From Candidatus Poribacteria bacterium (GTDB lineage: Bacteria > Poribacteria > WGA-4E > WGA-3G), in assembly GCA_965214095.1 (NCBI GenBank), contig OZ243938.1, positions 4,000,001-4,064,000 of the forward strand: 64,000 nucleotides of DNA. Reading direction: 5' to 3'. Of this stretch, positions 19,434 through 29,293 are shown piece after piece. The notes beneath the pieces are model-generated. The model saw only the letters and a program-made list of their open reading frames with translations. It was not told the DNA's origin and ran no database searches. Position 1 is the first letter of the stretch. Each line of letters starts with the position of its first letter. A program made the position numbers and the translations under genes.

Positions 19434-21278
19434 ATGCCAAGAATTGCGGTTCTGATTTTAGTGATATATGTTTTTGTCCAAAACGCTTTTGCCCAAAATT
19501 ATACCCGATGGGGTTTACCCGAAGATGCAAAAATGCGGCTGGGTAAAGGCGGAATAAGAGGAAATATATCCTATTCACCTGATGGAAAGTATTTAGCAGT
19601 CTCGTGTAGCAACGGCATTTGGATTTATGATGCACACACAGACAAACCACTCCAATTCCTCACAGGACATACGGATTTTGTTTTGATGTCAGTGTTCAGT
19701 CCTGATGGGTCATTGTTGGTCAGCGGAAGTGGTGACAAGACTATCCGTCTGTGGGATGCACGCACAGGCACAGAACTACGGACAATGACGAGACATAAGG
19801 AAGGTGTTGAAGGCATAGCGTTCAGTCCAGACGGATCAATTTTAGCAAGCGGAAGTTATGATAATACTATCCGTCTGTGGAATATAAAGACAGGCGCAGA
19901 ACTACGGACAATGGATGGACATGAATCTGGTGTCATAAGCGTTGCCTTTAGTCCGGATGGTGTATTACTGGCAAGTTGCAGTAAAGACATGACTGCGCGG
20001 TTATGGAGTGTACAAACGGGTGAATTGCTGCGGACATTCATTGGACATACAAAAAAAATAAAATACGTATCGTTCAGTCCTGATGGCAAATCAATAGCCA
20101 CCGCCGGTGATGACACTACCATGCGGGTGTGGGATGTGCAGACAGGCGAAGAACGCTACACGATAGAGGAGCACACGGACTTCGTTGATATCGTTGTCTA
20201 TAGTCCGGATGGAAAAATGTTGGCAACCGCAAGCTGGGACGACACCGCACGACTGTGGGATGCGGCAACGGGAGCATACATCCGCACGTTGAAAGGACAC
20301 GAGTCTTATGTGTTGAGCATTGCTTTCAGTCCGGATGGAAAGACACTGCGGACCGGTAGCCGAGACGGTACCCTACGTTTATGGGACACAAACACCGGCA
20401 TGCAGATGCGAACGATAACTGGTCATACAAATGGTGTCAATAGCGTATCGTTCAGTCCGGATGGCAAGTTTTTGGTGAGCGGTAGCAGGGATAACACCGT
20501 TCATTTATGGGACACACAGACAGGTGAATCTGTGCGTGTGCTGAAAGGACATACAAGGCATGTCGCTAAGGTTGTCTATAGTCCCGATGGGAATACCGTT
20601 GTGAGTGCCGATGATGGCGATGTTATTCGCTTATGGGATACACAAACAGGCAAATCTCTGAGGATACTGGATGAAGGTCAATTTTGGATCAATGATCTTG
20701 CTTTCAGTCCAGATGGAAAGAAACTTCTGAGCACAAATGATGACGTTACCATACCTCTATGGGACGTGCAGACAGGTAAACATCAAATCCTTACTGTGGA
20801 CACGAAGGGTATTGTATCTTGCATTGCGTATAGTCCGGAGGGTTCTCAATTAGCATGTGGAAATGATAACACTGTGCTGCTTTTGGATACGACTACGAAT
20901 AAAGTTGTCACCCGTTTTGAAGGTCATACGGATTATGTGCATACGGTTGCATATAGTGCGGATGGCTCGTTATTAACGAGTGCGGCGGGGGATAGAACTA
21001 TACGTCTTTGGGATCCGCAGACGGGCGAATCTGTTCGGACAGTTAGAATGCAAGGTAGAGATAACTCTTGTGTTGCGTTCAGTCCAAATGGAAAGATGCT
21101 CGCGAGTGGTGGTTGGGACAATACCGTTAGTCTGTGGGATGCCCGTACCGGTAATTTCATTATCGAGTTTAAAGCGCATACGTATCCAGTGAAAAGCCTC
21201 GCATTCAGTCCTGATAGTAAGATCCTGGCAAGTAGCAGTAGTGATGGTACCGTGTTGTTGTGGGATGTCGGAAACTGA
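19434..21278 (+). CDS. Secreted WD40-repeat protein
   Basis: Signal peptide ending AFA; about 14 WD40 repeats. Confidence 0.92.
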   Translation: MPRIAVLILVIYVFVQNAFAQNYTRWGLPEDAKMRLGKGGIRGNISYSPDGKYLAVSCSNGIWIYDAHTDKPLQFLTGHTDFVLMSVFSPDGSLLVSGSGDKTIRLWDARTGTELRTMTRHKEGVEGIAFSPDGSILASGSYDNTIRLWNIKTGAELRTMDGHESGVISVAFSPDGVLLASCSKDMTARLWSVQTGELLRTFIGHTKKIKYVSFSPDGKSIATAGDDTTMRVWDVQTGEERYTIEEHTDFVDIVVYSPDGKMLATASWDDTARLWDAATGAYIRTLKGHESYVLSIAFSPDGKTLRTGSRDGTLRLWDTNTGMQMRTITGHTNGVNSVSFSPDGKFLVSGSRDNTVHLWDTQTGESVRVLKGHTRHVAKVVYSPDGNTVVSADDGDVIRLWDTQTGKSLRILDEGQFWINDLAFSPDGKKLLSTNDDVTIPLWDVQTGKHQILTVDTKGIVSCIAYSPEGSQLACGNDNTVLLLDTTTNKVVTRFEGHTDYVHTVAYSADGSLLTSAAGDRTIRLWDPQTGESVRTVRMQGRDNSCVAFSPNGKMLASGGWDNTVSLWDARTGNFIIEFKAHTYPVKSLAFSPDSKILASSSSDGTVLLWDVGN

Positions 21279-21365
21279 TAATGGCAGCATATACAGGATC
21301 AGTCATCTTGTAGGAATGCATCTCTAATCTTCTTATCTAAACACACCCCTATTAATGCAGAATTA

Positions 21366-21399
21366 TGCACCCGATTCACCGTTTCGTGGCATCATTATA
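21366..21399 (+). promoter_or_regulatory. Putative ECF autoregulatory promoter (second copy)
   Basis: TGCACCCGATT-N15-TCATTATA. Confidence 0.55.
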
Positions 21400-21420
21400 G
21401 GGTGAAATCGGAGGTGTACC

Positions 21421-24351
21421 ATGAAAAACAACGATATACAATTAATTCACCTTATTCTTGATGGTGATGATAATGCCTTCACGGAACTTGTAGATAAATA
21501 TCAAAAGCAGGTTCATGCGCTTGTGTGGCGGAAAATCGGAGATTTCCATATCGCTGAAGAAATTACACAGGACACGTTCCTGATAGCATATCAGAAACTT
21601 GCAACGTTGAAAAAATCTCAAAGTTTCTCAAGTTGGCTATATGTTATTGCCACAAGTCTCTGTAGAATGTGGTTTCGTAAAAAGTATCGACGGTCGCAGC
21701 TAATGCAAGACATGGATACTACTTATCCTGAGAATGCAACCTATTCTGAGTATGTACTTGAGGAAAACGAACGGATTGCTGTAGAGACACAACGCGATGT
21801 CGTCCAAAAGCTGCTTGCAAAACTTGGGGAAAGTGAACGTACTGTTGTGACGCTACATTACTTCGGCGAGATGTCGTGCACAGAGATTGGTGAGTTTTTG
21901 GGTGTATCGGCAAATACGGTGAAGAGTCGTCTTCGTCGCGCACAGCAGCGTTTAAGGAAAGAGGAACCGATTATAAGGGAGGCGTTAGACAACTTCCAAA
22001 TATCACCAAATTTGACAGAAAACATCATGCGCGAGATTTCGGTTGAGAAACCTATATCACCGTCTAGTAGTAAACCTTTAGCACCTTGGGCAGTAGCTGC
22101 TTCCACATTAGTAGTGGTGTTGCTTATGATCGGTTTTGGAAATAGCAAATATCTAACGCGTTTTCAGAAACCTTATAGTTTAGATGCTACTGCAGAGATG
22201 ACGGTTGAGATTGTTGATGCACCAATAGTCGCGGACTTAGAATCTAAGCCAGATGTGCGGACACAAATAAGAAATACGAACGTATTAGCACAGCTAATTG
22301 ATCCTGAAGAGAAGCAAAATGATAATAGTACCACTGTATCTGAAGATATACAAACGGAGGAAACCGTGAAAGATTATACACAATGGGAATTGCCGAAAAA
22401 AGCGAAAGTGCGTTTAGGTAAAGGTAAAGTTAATGGAATAAAATTCACTCCAAACGGCACACATTTAGCCGTTGAAACAGCCATCGGTGTTTGGCTTTAC
22501 GATGCAAATACTGGTGAAGAAACTGCTCTATTTACAGAAATTGAAGGTGATAACCTAAGTTTTGACAGATCATACATCAATATGCTGGTTTCTCCTATAG
22601 ATGGCAACACCATTGAATGTCCAGGTGTAACTGGGAACAAGGACTTATGGAGTTTAGAAGAAGACAGTTTGAAATCTATTCTACCGGATCTGTGTCGGAG
22701 TAATAATGTCCTTCAAATTAAAGCACAAAACATAATACTTGTTCATACTGGGTGGAGGATGAATCTTTCGTGGCATGCGACAGCTGGTCTGTGGAATCTT
22801 GTTGATGAAGAAAACAAGTCAAATAATGTAAGACTGACTAAGAGGGAAATGGATATGCAGGTAGCAGTTTCACCAGATGAAAGATTCCTTGCGGCAGCAC
22901 TTAGTAGTAAACTTTTTGGTATAGAATATAAGATGCCTGCTATCCAGGTATGGGACAGAACCACTGGAAAGTGTGTATTCACAGTAGAAGAAACGAAGCA
23001 TGATATTGAAACATTAGTCTTTTCTCCCGATAGTCAAACACTTGCCTTTGCTGACAGTTCCAATATAGTTAAAATATGTGATGTTGAAAGTGGTTCGCTT
23101 CAGTATACATTTAAAGCTGCGGTTCCTTTCCAAACATTAGCATTTTCACCAGATTGTAGTCATCTTGTCAGTGGGAGTACTGATGGAATAGTGCGATTCT
23201 GGACAGTTAAGAAACGCGGAAAACACTCCATTTCTGACCGAATCTTCAAAATCGCAGGCAAGCCTCAACCTTACAAAATGTTAAAAGGACATGCAGAAAA
23301 CTCAAAATTCGCTACAATAAACTTCTCCACAGATGGGAAAAAGGTTGCAAGTGCAAATTCTGATGGGACTATCCGATTGTGGGATACCGATTCAGGCAAT
23401 CAACAAATTACACTGACACAACACTCAGGATCGCAAACTGCATTGGCATTCAACACTAACAACATATCTGAACTGAAAGATGTTACTAAGAACACACTAA
23501 CCAGTATTGGTTTGAGTAATTCTCATTTTTTCGTTTCTGTATGGGACGCTGACAATGGCAATAGGCTTTCTTTTGATATGGTTGATAAAGCTAATCATAT
23601 AGTTTTTGAAGTTGCCATATCACCAGATGGGAGTCTCTTTGTAACCCGTGACAATGTTGTCCGCTTATGGGATACCCAGTCAAAGAGTGTTTTGTCTACA
23701 ATAGGTGATGAAGAATATTTTAGTTTTGGATCTAAAGTAATTTTTTCTCCTGATGGTAAACTCCTTGCAGTAAGTGCTCGTAAAGACAATACTATACAAA
23801 TATGGGATGTGCCTAACCGTAAAACTCGTTGTAGACTTGAGGGACATACGACCTATGTTTACAGCTTAGCATTTTCTCCTGATAACAAAACTGTTATCAC
23901 TTCAGGCTGGACAAATAAGGACGTAACAATTAGATTGTGGGATACCATGACCGGTGCAGTATTAGCATCTATTCCAGACCAAGGTGCAGTCGCATTTGCA
24001 CCAGATGGAAACACCTTTGTTGGAGGCACTCACCTTTATAGGTGGAATCCCACCACACTCGCCTATGACTGTATAGTGCGACTGGAGGATGTAGCCAAAT
24101 CTAATCCGCCAACGTCATTAACATATTCTCCAGATGGCTCAATCATTGTCAGTGGGAATAGAGATGGAATAATTCAATTGCGAAATTCAACTACTGGTAA
24201 AATTATTTCTAATCTGACAGGACATTCAAGTTGGATATCACAGTTTGTATTTTCTGAAGATGAAACAACTCTTGCTACAAGCGGCGGAGATGGCACGATT
24301 CTTATGTGGGATTGGGATGAAGTCCTTGCAGATTTAAAGGTAGGTGAATAA
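21421..24351 (+). CDS. ECF sigma factor-TM-WD40 fusion, paralog of 16059..19031
   Basis: N-terminal ~280 aa very similar to the paralog; WD40 part divergent. Confidence 0.92.
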   Translation: MKNNDIQLIHLILDGDDNAFTELVDKYQKQVHALVWRKIGDFHIAEEITQDTFLIAYQKLATLKKSQSFSSWLYVIATSLCRMWFRKKYRRSQLMQDMDTTYPENATYSEYVLEENERIAVETQRDVVQKLLAKLGESERTVVTLHYFGEMSCTEIGEFLGVSANTVKSRLRRAQQRLRKEEPIIREALDNFQISPNLTENIMREISVEKPISPSSSKPLAPWAVAASTLVVVLLMIGFGNSKYLTRFQKPYSLDATAEMTVEIVDAPIVADLESKPDVRTQIRNTNVLAQLIDPEEKQNDNSTTVSEDIQTEETVKDYTQWELPKKAKVRLGKGKVNGIKFTPNGTHLAVETAIGVWLYDANTGEETALFTEIEGDNLSFDRSYINMLVSPIDGNTIECPGVTGNKDLWSLEEDSLKSILPDLCRSNNVLQIKAQNIILVHTGWRMNLSWHATAGLWNLVDEENKSNNVRLTKREMDMQVAVSPDERFLAAALSSKLFGIEYKMPAIQVWDRTTGKCVFTVEETKHDIETLVFSPDSQTLAFADSSNIVKICDVESGSLQYTFKAAVPFQTLAFSPDCSHLVSGSTDGIVRFWTVKKRGKHSISDRIFKIAGKPQPYKMLKGHAENSKFATINFSTDGKKVASANSDGTIRLWDTDSGNQQITLTQHSGSQTALAFNTNNISELKDVTKNTLTSIGLSNSHFFVSVWDADNGNRLSFDMVDKANHIVFEVAISPDGSLFVTRDNVVRLWDTQSKSVLSTIGDEEYFSFGSKVIFSPDGKLLAVSARKDNTIQIWDVPNRKTRCRLEGHTTYVYSLAFSPDNKTVITSGWTNKDVTIRLWDTMTGAVLASIPDQGAVAFAPDGNTFVGGTHLYRWNPTTLAYDCIVRLEDVAKSNPPTSLTYSPDGSIIVSGNRDGIIQLRNSTTGKIISNLTGHSSWISQFVFSEDETTLATSGGDGTILMWDWDEVLADLKVGE

Positions 24352-24362
24352 GTTTAGGTGTA

Positions 24363-25193
24363 TCAACGTTCTGATTCCAACCACTTTTGAACCCGCGCTA
24401 ACTTGTCAGCGGCAATATGTGCAGCGTTAGCATCTGTTGGGAAATCACCTTTTTCTACTTCCTGCTTATATTGACATATCGCCTCAAAGGTGAGTTGGTT
24501 GTAATCTTGATAACGTTTGGCGTGTTTGAATGGGGTGCCTAACCCCAAAATATCGTTGATAACGAGCACCTGTCCATCACAGAATCTACCCGCTCCTATG
24601 CCAATGGTGGGGATGTCAATCGTCTCTGTGATTATCTGGCTAATCTCTTCAGTGATTTTTTCGAGAACTATAAGTTTTGCACCTGCATCTGCAAGTGCGG
24701 ATGCAGTTTGAATGAGTTCCTTCGCTTTGCTCACCGTTTTACCATGTGTTGACGCTTTAGTGCCGTGAATTTGTGGGTTGTGTCCAATATGTGCACACAC
24801 ATCTATTTCGTGTTCTGTGAGTGCGGTAACAATGGGGATCTTCTCCGTTCCACCTTCCAACTTAACACCATCAGCACCGTTATCCAAGAAAAGGTTCGCA
24901 TTGGCAATAGCTTGCTTGGAATTTCGGTCAGACCCATAAGGCATATCAATGAGTAAATAAGCATCTTTTACACCACGGCGCACAGCCTTGAGATGATGCA
25001 GCATATCCGACATCGTCACTTCCATCTCACTCTTGTAGCCGAGGATATTTGTGCCGACGCTATCCCCAACAAACACGATGTCTATACTTGCTTCATCCTG
25101 CATGCATGCAGTGGGGTAATCGTAGCAGGTTAACACGGTGATGGGTTGCTGCTGTTGTTTCTTGTTCTGGAGATAAATGATGTCTCTTTTCAT
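24363..25193 (-). CDS. panB: 3-methyl-2-oxobutanoate hydroxymethyltransferase
   Basis: LTCYDY, FVGDSVG, DMPYGS, VKLEGG, PTIGIGAGRFCDGQVLV. Confidence 0.95.
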   Translation of the reverse strand: MKRDIIYLQNKKQQQQPITVLTCYDYPTACMQDEASIDIVFVGDSVGTNILGYKSEMEVTMSDMLHHLKAVRRGVKDAYLLIDMPYGSDRNSKQAIANANLFLDNGADGVKLEGGTEKIPIVTALTEHEIDVCAHIGHNPQIHGTKASTHGKTVSKAKELIQTASALADAGAKLIVLEKITEEISQIITETIDIPTIGIGAGRFCDGQVLVINDILGLGTPFKHAKRYQDYNQLTFEAICQYKQEVEKGDFPTDANAAHIAADKLARVQKWLESER

Positions 25194-25214
25194 AGTTGAT
25201 TGGTGGAAATATCT

Positions 25215-26177
25215 TTAAGCTAATACTTCTGCAACGGTTTCTCCTATTGTGGTGAGATCGTCTGCCACAGCAATTCCTGCGTTTTTGAGTGACTTGATTT
25301 TATCCGCTGCAGTCCCTTGTCCACCTGAGATGATTGCACCTGCATGTCCCATACGTTTTCCGGGAGGTGCAGTTTGTCCTGCGATAAAACCGATCACCGG
25401 CTTTGTCATTTCATTCTTGACAAACTGGGCAGCCTTTTCCTCTGCTGTTCCACCAATTTCACCGATTAAGACAACTGCATGTGTTTCATCATCTTCTTCA
25501 AATAGTCTGAGGACATCCACGAAGTTAGTTCCTATCACAGGGTCACCACCGATACCGACACAAGTAGACTGACCGATACCGAGTTGCTTGAGTTGATAAG
25601 CTGCTTCATAGGTTAGTGTTCCGCTTCGGGAGACAATGCCGACATGACCGGGAGAATAGGCAAACGCTGGCATCACACCGATTTTGCATTCCCCTGGCGT
25701 GATGATTCCCGGACAGTTCGGTCCGATTAGCCGAGTTGTATCACGTCCGATTAACTGAGTCTGTTGACTATCATAGGACGGATCGTCCTCTCTCCGCATC
25801 CTTGCCAGTACTCTATTCACGATGATCTTATTGCTACGAGTAAATGCTTTTGCCTTTACCATATCAAGAACAGGAATATGTTCAGAGATACAGATAATTA
25901 ATTCAATACCAGCATCTGCAGCTTCCATGATAGAATCCGCTGCATTGAATTGAGCAGGAACGAAGATTAGAGAAGTATCCGCACCTGTTTCTGCCACACC
26001 TTCAACTACAGTGTCAAATACAGGGATACCGTTGACATCTGTTCCACCTCTGCCGGGGACAGCACCAGCGACAATTTGCGTTCCGTAATCCACACACTGT
26101 TCCGTGTGAAAACGTCCAGAACGTCCTGTTATACCTTGCACTATGACTTTTGTGTTTTTGTTTACGAGTATGCTCAT
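25215..26177 (-). CDS. sucD: Succinyl-CoA synthetase alpha subunit
   Basis: [32 protein letters not shown] phospho-His motif. Confidence 0.96.
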   Translation of the reverse strand: MSILVNKNTKVIVQGITGRSGRFHTEQCVDYGTQIVAGAVPGRGGTDVNGIPVFDTVVEGVAETGADTSLIFVPAQFNAADSIMEAADAGIELIICISEHIPVLDMVKAKAFTRSNKIIVNRVLARMRREDDPSYDSQQTQLIGRDTTRLIGPNCPGIITPGECKIGVMPAFAYSPGHVGIVSRSGTLTYEAAYQLKQLGIGQSTCVGIGGDPVIGTNFVDVLRLFEEDDETHAVVLIGEIGGTAEEKAAQFVKNEMTKPVIGFIAGQTAPPGKRMGHAGAIISGGQGTAADKIKSLKNAGIAVADDLTTIGETVAEVLA

Positions 26178-26183
26178 ATTCTT

Positions 26184-28226
26184 TTATTCAATAACGAGAT
26201 AACTAACGCTTTTTGCCTCCATTTTAATCGGGATATCAACGTTATAGTTGCGGTCGATTTTATACTGTTTGGGTTCGCCTTCTTTTTCACGAATTTTGGC
26301 AGTCTCAGATAATCCAGTATAGTATAGTGGTAAATTTAGAGTAATATTTTGTTCTGTTCGTGTAGGATTATATAGCATTGCAAGACCACAAGGGGTGAGT
26401 CGTGTGTTTGCGTGGAGTATACAATCCACAGAACGTCCATCTGGTCGTCTTACATGAATAACATCAGACTCTAATATTGTACGATACTTTTTGAAAAAGT
26501 CAACCCATTTCTTGACAACTGCTTTCGTTTGTTCAGTATCAAAAAGTCTGGGACCACGATAACAGGCAATCACGCCACTGCCGAAGTTCTGTGCGAGATG
26601 CGATTCGTAGTCATCAAGGTGGTCGCAAAGCGGTTCAAAAGTCGCGGCTTGTCCACCACCGTGATATTCCACCAATGGAACAAACATCCAACCCATACTC
26701 GGAGTCTTTTCGTAAGTTGCATCGTAAATATTCTGTCGAGCAATTAGAATTTGTCGTTCGCGAGGCAAACTGAAATTCGTTTCGCGGTAACCCATACCGC
26801 ATTTGTTTGAACCGTTGAGGTAATAATTATCTGGTGAATTGATATAGATGCCGCGTTTTCGGCATTCATGATAAAAGTTAACGCATGCTTCCCATTGACG
26901 CAACTGCGAATCTTCCAATCCGTTATGGTGTTCGTGCTTGGTTGATGCACAGACATCGCCGTGATAGGGGCCATCTGTCTCAATAATATCCATACCCGTT
27001 GCATCCATAAAATTCAGAACTCGTTTGACATAGCCATCTCCCCAGCTGCTTGCAAGGCATGCACTCTGTCCAAACTTACTACCGGGTTGACCCGTTTCAG
27101 GGTCAATACAGTTGAATTCTTCACCTACACCCCGTGATGCACACATCAACGTATAACCGCCAAGTTCAATGCCCTTGCTATGTGCATAATCTGCTAACCC
27201 CTTCATTTTAGCGATGTATTCCGGGTCTGTGCTTTCTATATTGTATCCACTACCAAAGGTCATAATCACCATCTCAAATCCAACTTCAGCACACTGGTCA
27301 ATTGCTAAACGGACTGCTTCTGGTTCAGCACTCCGCACGTGCATGAGAATTGGATTCTCTGTGACCTGTGGTGCGACCGTTCGAAACATCTTGCGGCGTG
27401 CAAGTCCTTTGCGTTCACGATCATCACTGTCATGCAGAATCTCAAAGGTGCGAAAACTTGTAAAGGTTTCTCCCGGTTGAATAGATACTCCCGGACCGAG
27501 TGGATAGTGGCTTGTCATCAAGAGTGGCATCTGATAACGGTAATCAACTTGCGTTAGGTATTCTTCATCCGGTCCCCATTGTGTTGTTTGCATTCTACTA
27601 AAAGCATAATCACTCTCAACATGTAGCCGATGTTTTTCCTGCTCGTTGACTGCAAGGATTTCGCAGCTTAGGTCATCCAACGGAATCGGTTCTTGACCAT
27701 CATTGCGAATAGTAATCCACTTGGACAGCACTGGAATGCCTTGGTATAGTTCATAATGCACACACACCTGAAGGCGATCAACTGATTCGGGTGGTGAGAA
27801 CGCAACCGTCAGCGTCACACCTTCTGGTGGATATGGTGAGGATGTTGTAGTACGTCTTTTTTCCCACGGATAGCAAGGTTCAGGTTTACCGATAGTATAT
27901 TCGCGAAATTGGAATGTATTCTCGTCACTGGTCAGATCTGCAATCCATTCGTCATCAAGATATGCGTAGTCTGGTTGTCCTTTCAATCCACCTATTTCAA
28001 TTTGTTGTCCATCAATTGACAGAATTGCCTCTGGTTTGATGCCACGTAGAAAACTGGTTTCGGTAATTTGATTGGAATAATCAACTGTTGCGAAATTCGG
28101 TGCGATGACAAACCTTCGTTGAATGAGTCCGTTACTGAGTATGAGTTGATTGTCAGTTTCTTCTACTGAAGCGGGTTCATGAAAGGGGTGGACTAACCAA
28201 TCGTTTTGTTGTGATGTGTAGTGCAT
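26184..28226 (-). CDS. Putative alpha-galactosidase-like glycoside hydrolase
   Basis: Beta-rich N-terminal domain (VHYELYQGIPVLSKW) plus a TIM-barrel-like region; family assignment tentative. Confidence 0.55.
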   Translation of the reverse strand: MHYTSQQNDWLVHPFHEPASVEETDNQLILSNGLIQRRFVIAPNFATVDYSNQITETSFLRGIKPEAILSIDGQQIEIGGLKGQPDYAYLDDEWIADLTSDENTFQFREYTIGKPEPCYPWEKRRTTTSSPYPPEGVTLTVAFSPPESVDRLQVCVHYELYQGIPVLSKWITIRNDGQEPIPLDDLSCEILAVNEQEKHRLHVESDYAFSRMQTTQWGPDEEYLTQVDYRYQMPLLMTSHYPLGPGVSIQPGETFTSFRTFEILHDSDDRERKGLARRKMFRTVAPQVTENPILMHVRSAEPEAVRLAIDQCAEVGFEMVIMTFGSGYNIESTDPEYIAKMKGLADYAHSKGIELGGYTLMCASRGVGEEFNCIDPETGQPGSKFGQSACLASSWGDGYVKRVLNFMDATGMDIIETDGPYHGDVCASTKHEHHNGLEDSQLRQWEACVNFYHECRKRGIYINSPDNYYLNGSNKCGMGYRETNFSLPRERQILIARQNIYDATYEKTPSMGWMFVPLVEYHGGGQAATFEPLCDHLDDYESHLAQNFGSGVIACYRGPRLFDTEQTKAVVKKWVDFFKKYRTILESDVIHVRRPDGRSVDCILHANTRLTPCGLAMLYNPTRTEQNITLNLPLYYTGLSETAKIREKEGEPKQYKIDRNYNVDIPIKMEAKSVSYLVIE

Positions 28227-28366
28227 GTTAAGTCTTTCTTATATTTTAACGTTAATGTGGAATACATTGTGTAGCAAATAACCGCAATTCTATTATGTAA
28301 TTTCCTCAAATTCTGTTAAGTCGCGTGCATAATCAAGGCAAGCATGAATCTTTTTTCTAATCAGTA

Positions 28367-29140
28367 TTACTTTTTCAATTTCCCCCACTTCGTTGTGAGT
28401 TTCCCATCTGCTTCAACAGAGGCAAATTCTTCAACATAGTTCAGCAAATTTTCCATGAAAAGTTTTGCCATGTCTTTCGTGTTATCATCGTTACCAACGA
28501 TATGATATTTATCTGGTGCAATTGCCATCATCAGGAATTTACCATTTCCATACATTGCTTCCATGATGACAGGATCGCCCAAACTTTCCATTAGCACGTC
28601 AAATCCTTTTTGAGAATTGATAGTTTCCCAAACAGTAGGCCAATTCTGGTGTCTCCAGTCTCTAAACATTTCCTCATTCATACTGTTTGGTTTGTTAAAG
28701 AGCGGATGGTCTGCTGCCAGAATTTCAAAATCTGGACTATCACGGTCACTCCGAACACAACTCAATTCAGGGGGCAACCAATCTACATTCGCTTCGTTCT
28801 GATCAGCTTGAGTTGGTTCCCAGACAATACCACCATTTTCAACGAATTCTTGAATCGCTTTTGCATTCTTATCAAGGTTTTGGTGAAGTACAGCGTTGTT
28901 AGTCGTCATACTTCCGATAAGGAAGATTCTATGTTCTGCTTTAAAAGTTAGTTGTCCACCTTCAAGCGCATTAGTAAGATCATCGTACTCAACTTCGAAT
29001 TCATCCAATGTCTGACGTAACGCATCCACTTTTGTCCATTCATCGGCAAAATCAACGACAGCAATTCCAGCGGCTTGGACAACCATTACGCATAAAACGA
29101 GAGATAAAATATAGCACCCTGCAAACAATCGGAGAAGCAT
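28367..29140 (-). CDS. Secreted protein with conserved C-terminal tail (SVEADGKLTTKWGKLKK)
   Basis: Signal peptide; body resembles a glutamine-amidotransferase-like fold (FVENGG, DHPLF). Confidence 0.75.
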   Translation of the reverse strand: MLLRLFAGCYILSLVLCVMVVQAAGIAVVDFADEWTKVDALRQTLDEFEVEYDDLTNALEGGQLTFKAEHRIFLIGSMTTNNAVLHQNLDKNAKAIQEFVENGGIVWEPTQADQNEANVDWLPPELSCVRSDRDSPDFEILAADHPLFNKPNSMNEEMFRDWRHQNWPTVWETINSQKGFDVLMESLGDPVIMEAMYGNGKFLMMAIAPDKYHIVGNDDNTKDMAKLFMENLLNYVEEFASVEADGKLTTKWGKLKK

Positions 29141-29293
29141 AAGTTTGCCTCCTTATTTTATATTTGGAATTGAGAACTTTTCATTTACCTCTGAGAGTGA
29201 ATTAACACAGAATATTTGTGTGGTTTTCTGCGTTTAGTATTCTACCAAATCAACTCCATCCTTTAACAAATAGGTAGAGGATAGCATTTTATG

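Noticed and set aside
10250-24351. Periodic ~126-bp repeats as a CRISPR array or DGR template/variable repeats
   Set aside because: They are in-frame WD40 coding units; no spacers, cas genes, reverse transcriptase or adenine-specific mismatch pattern seen.
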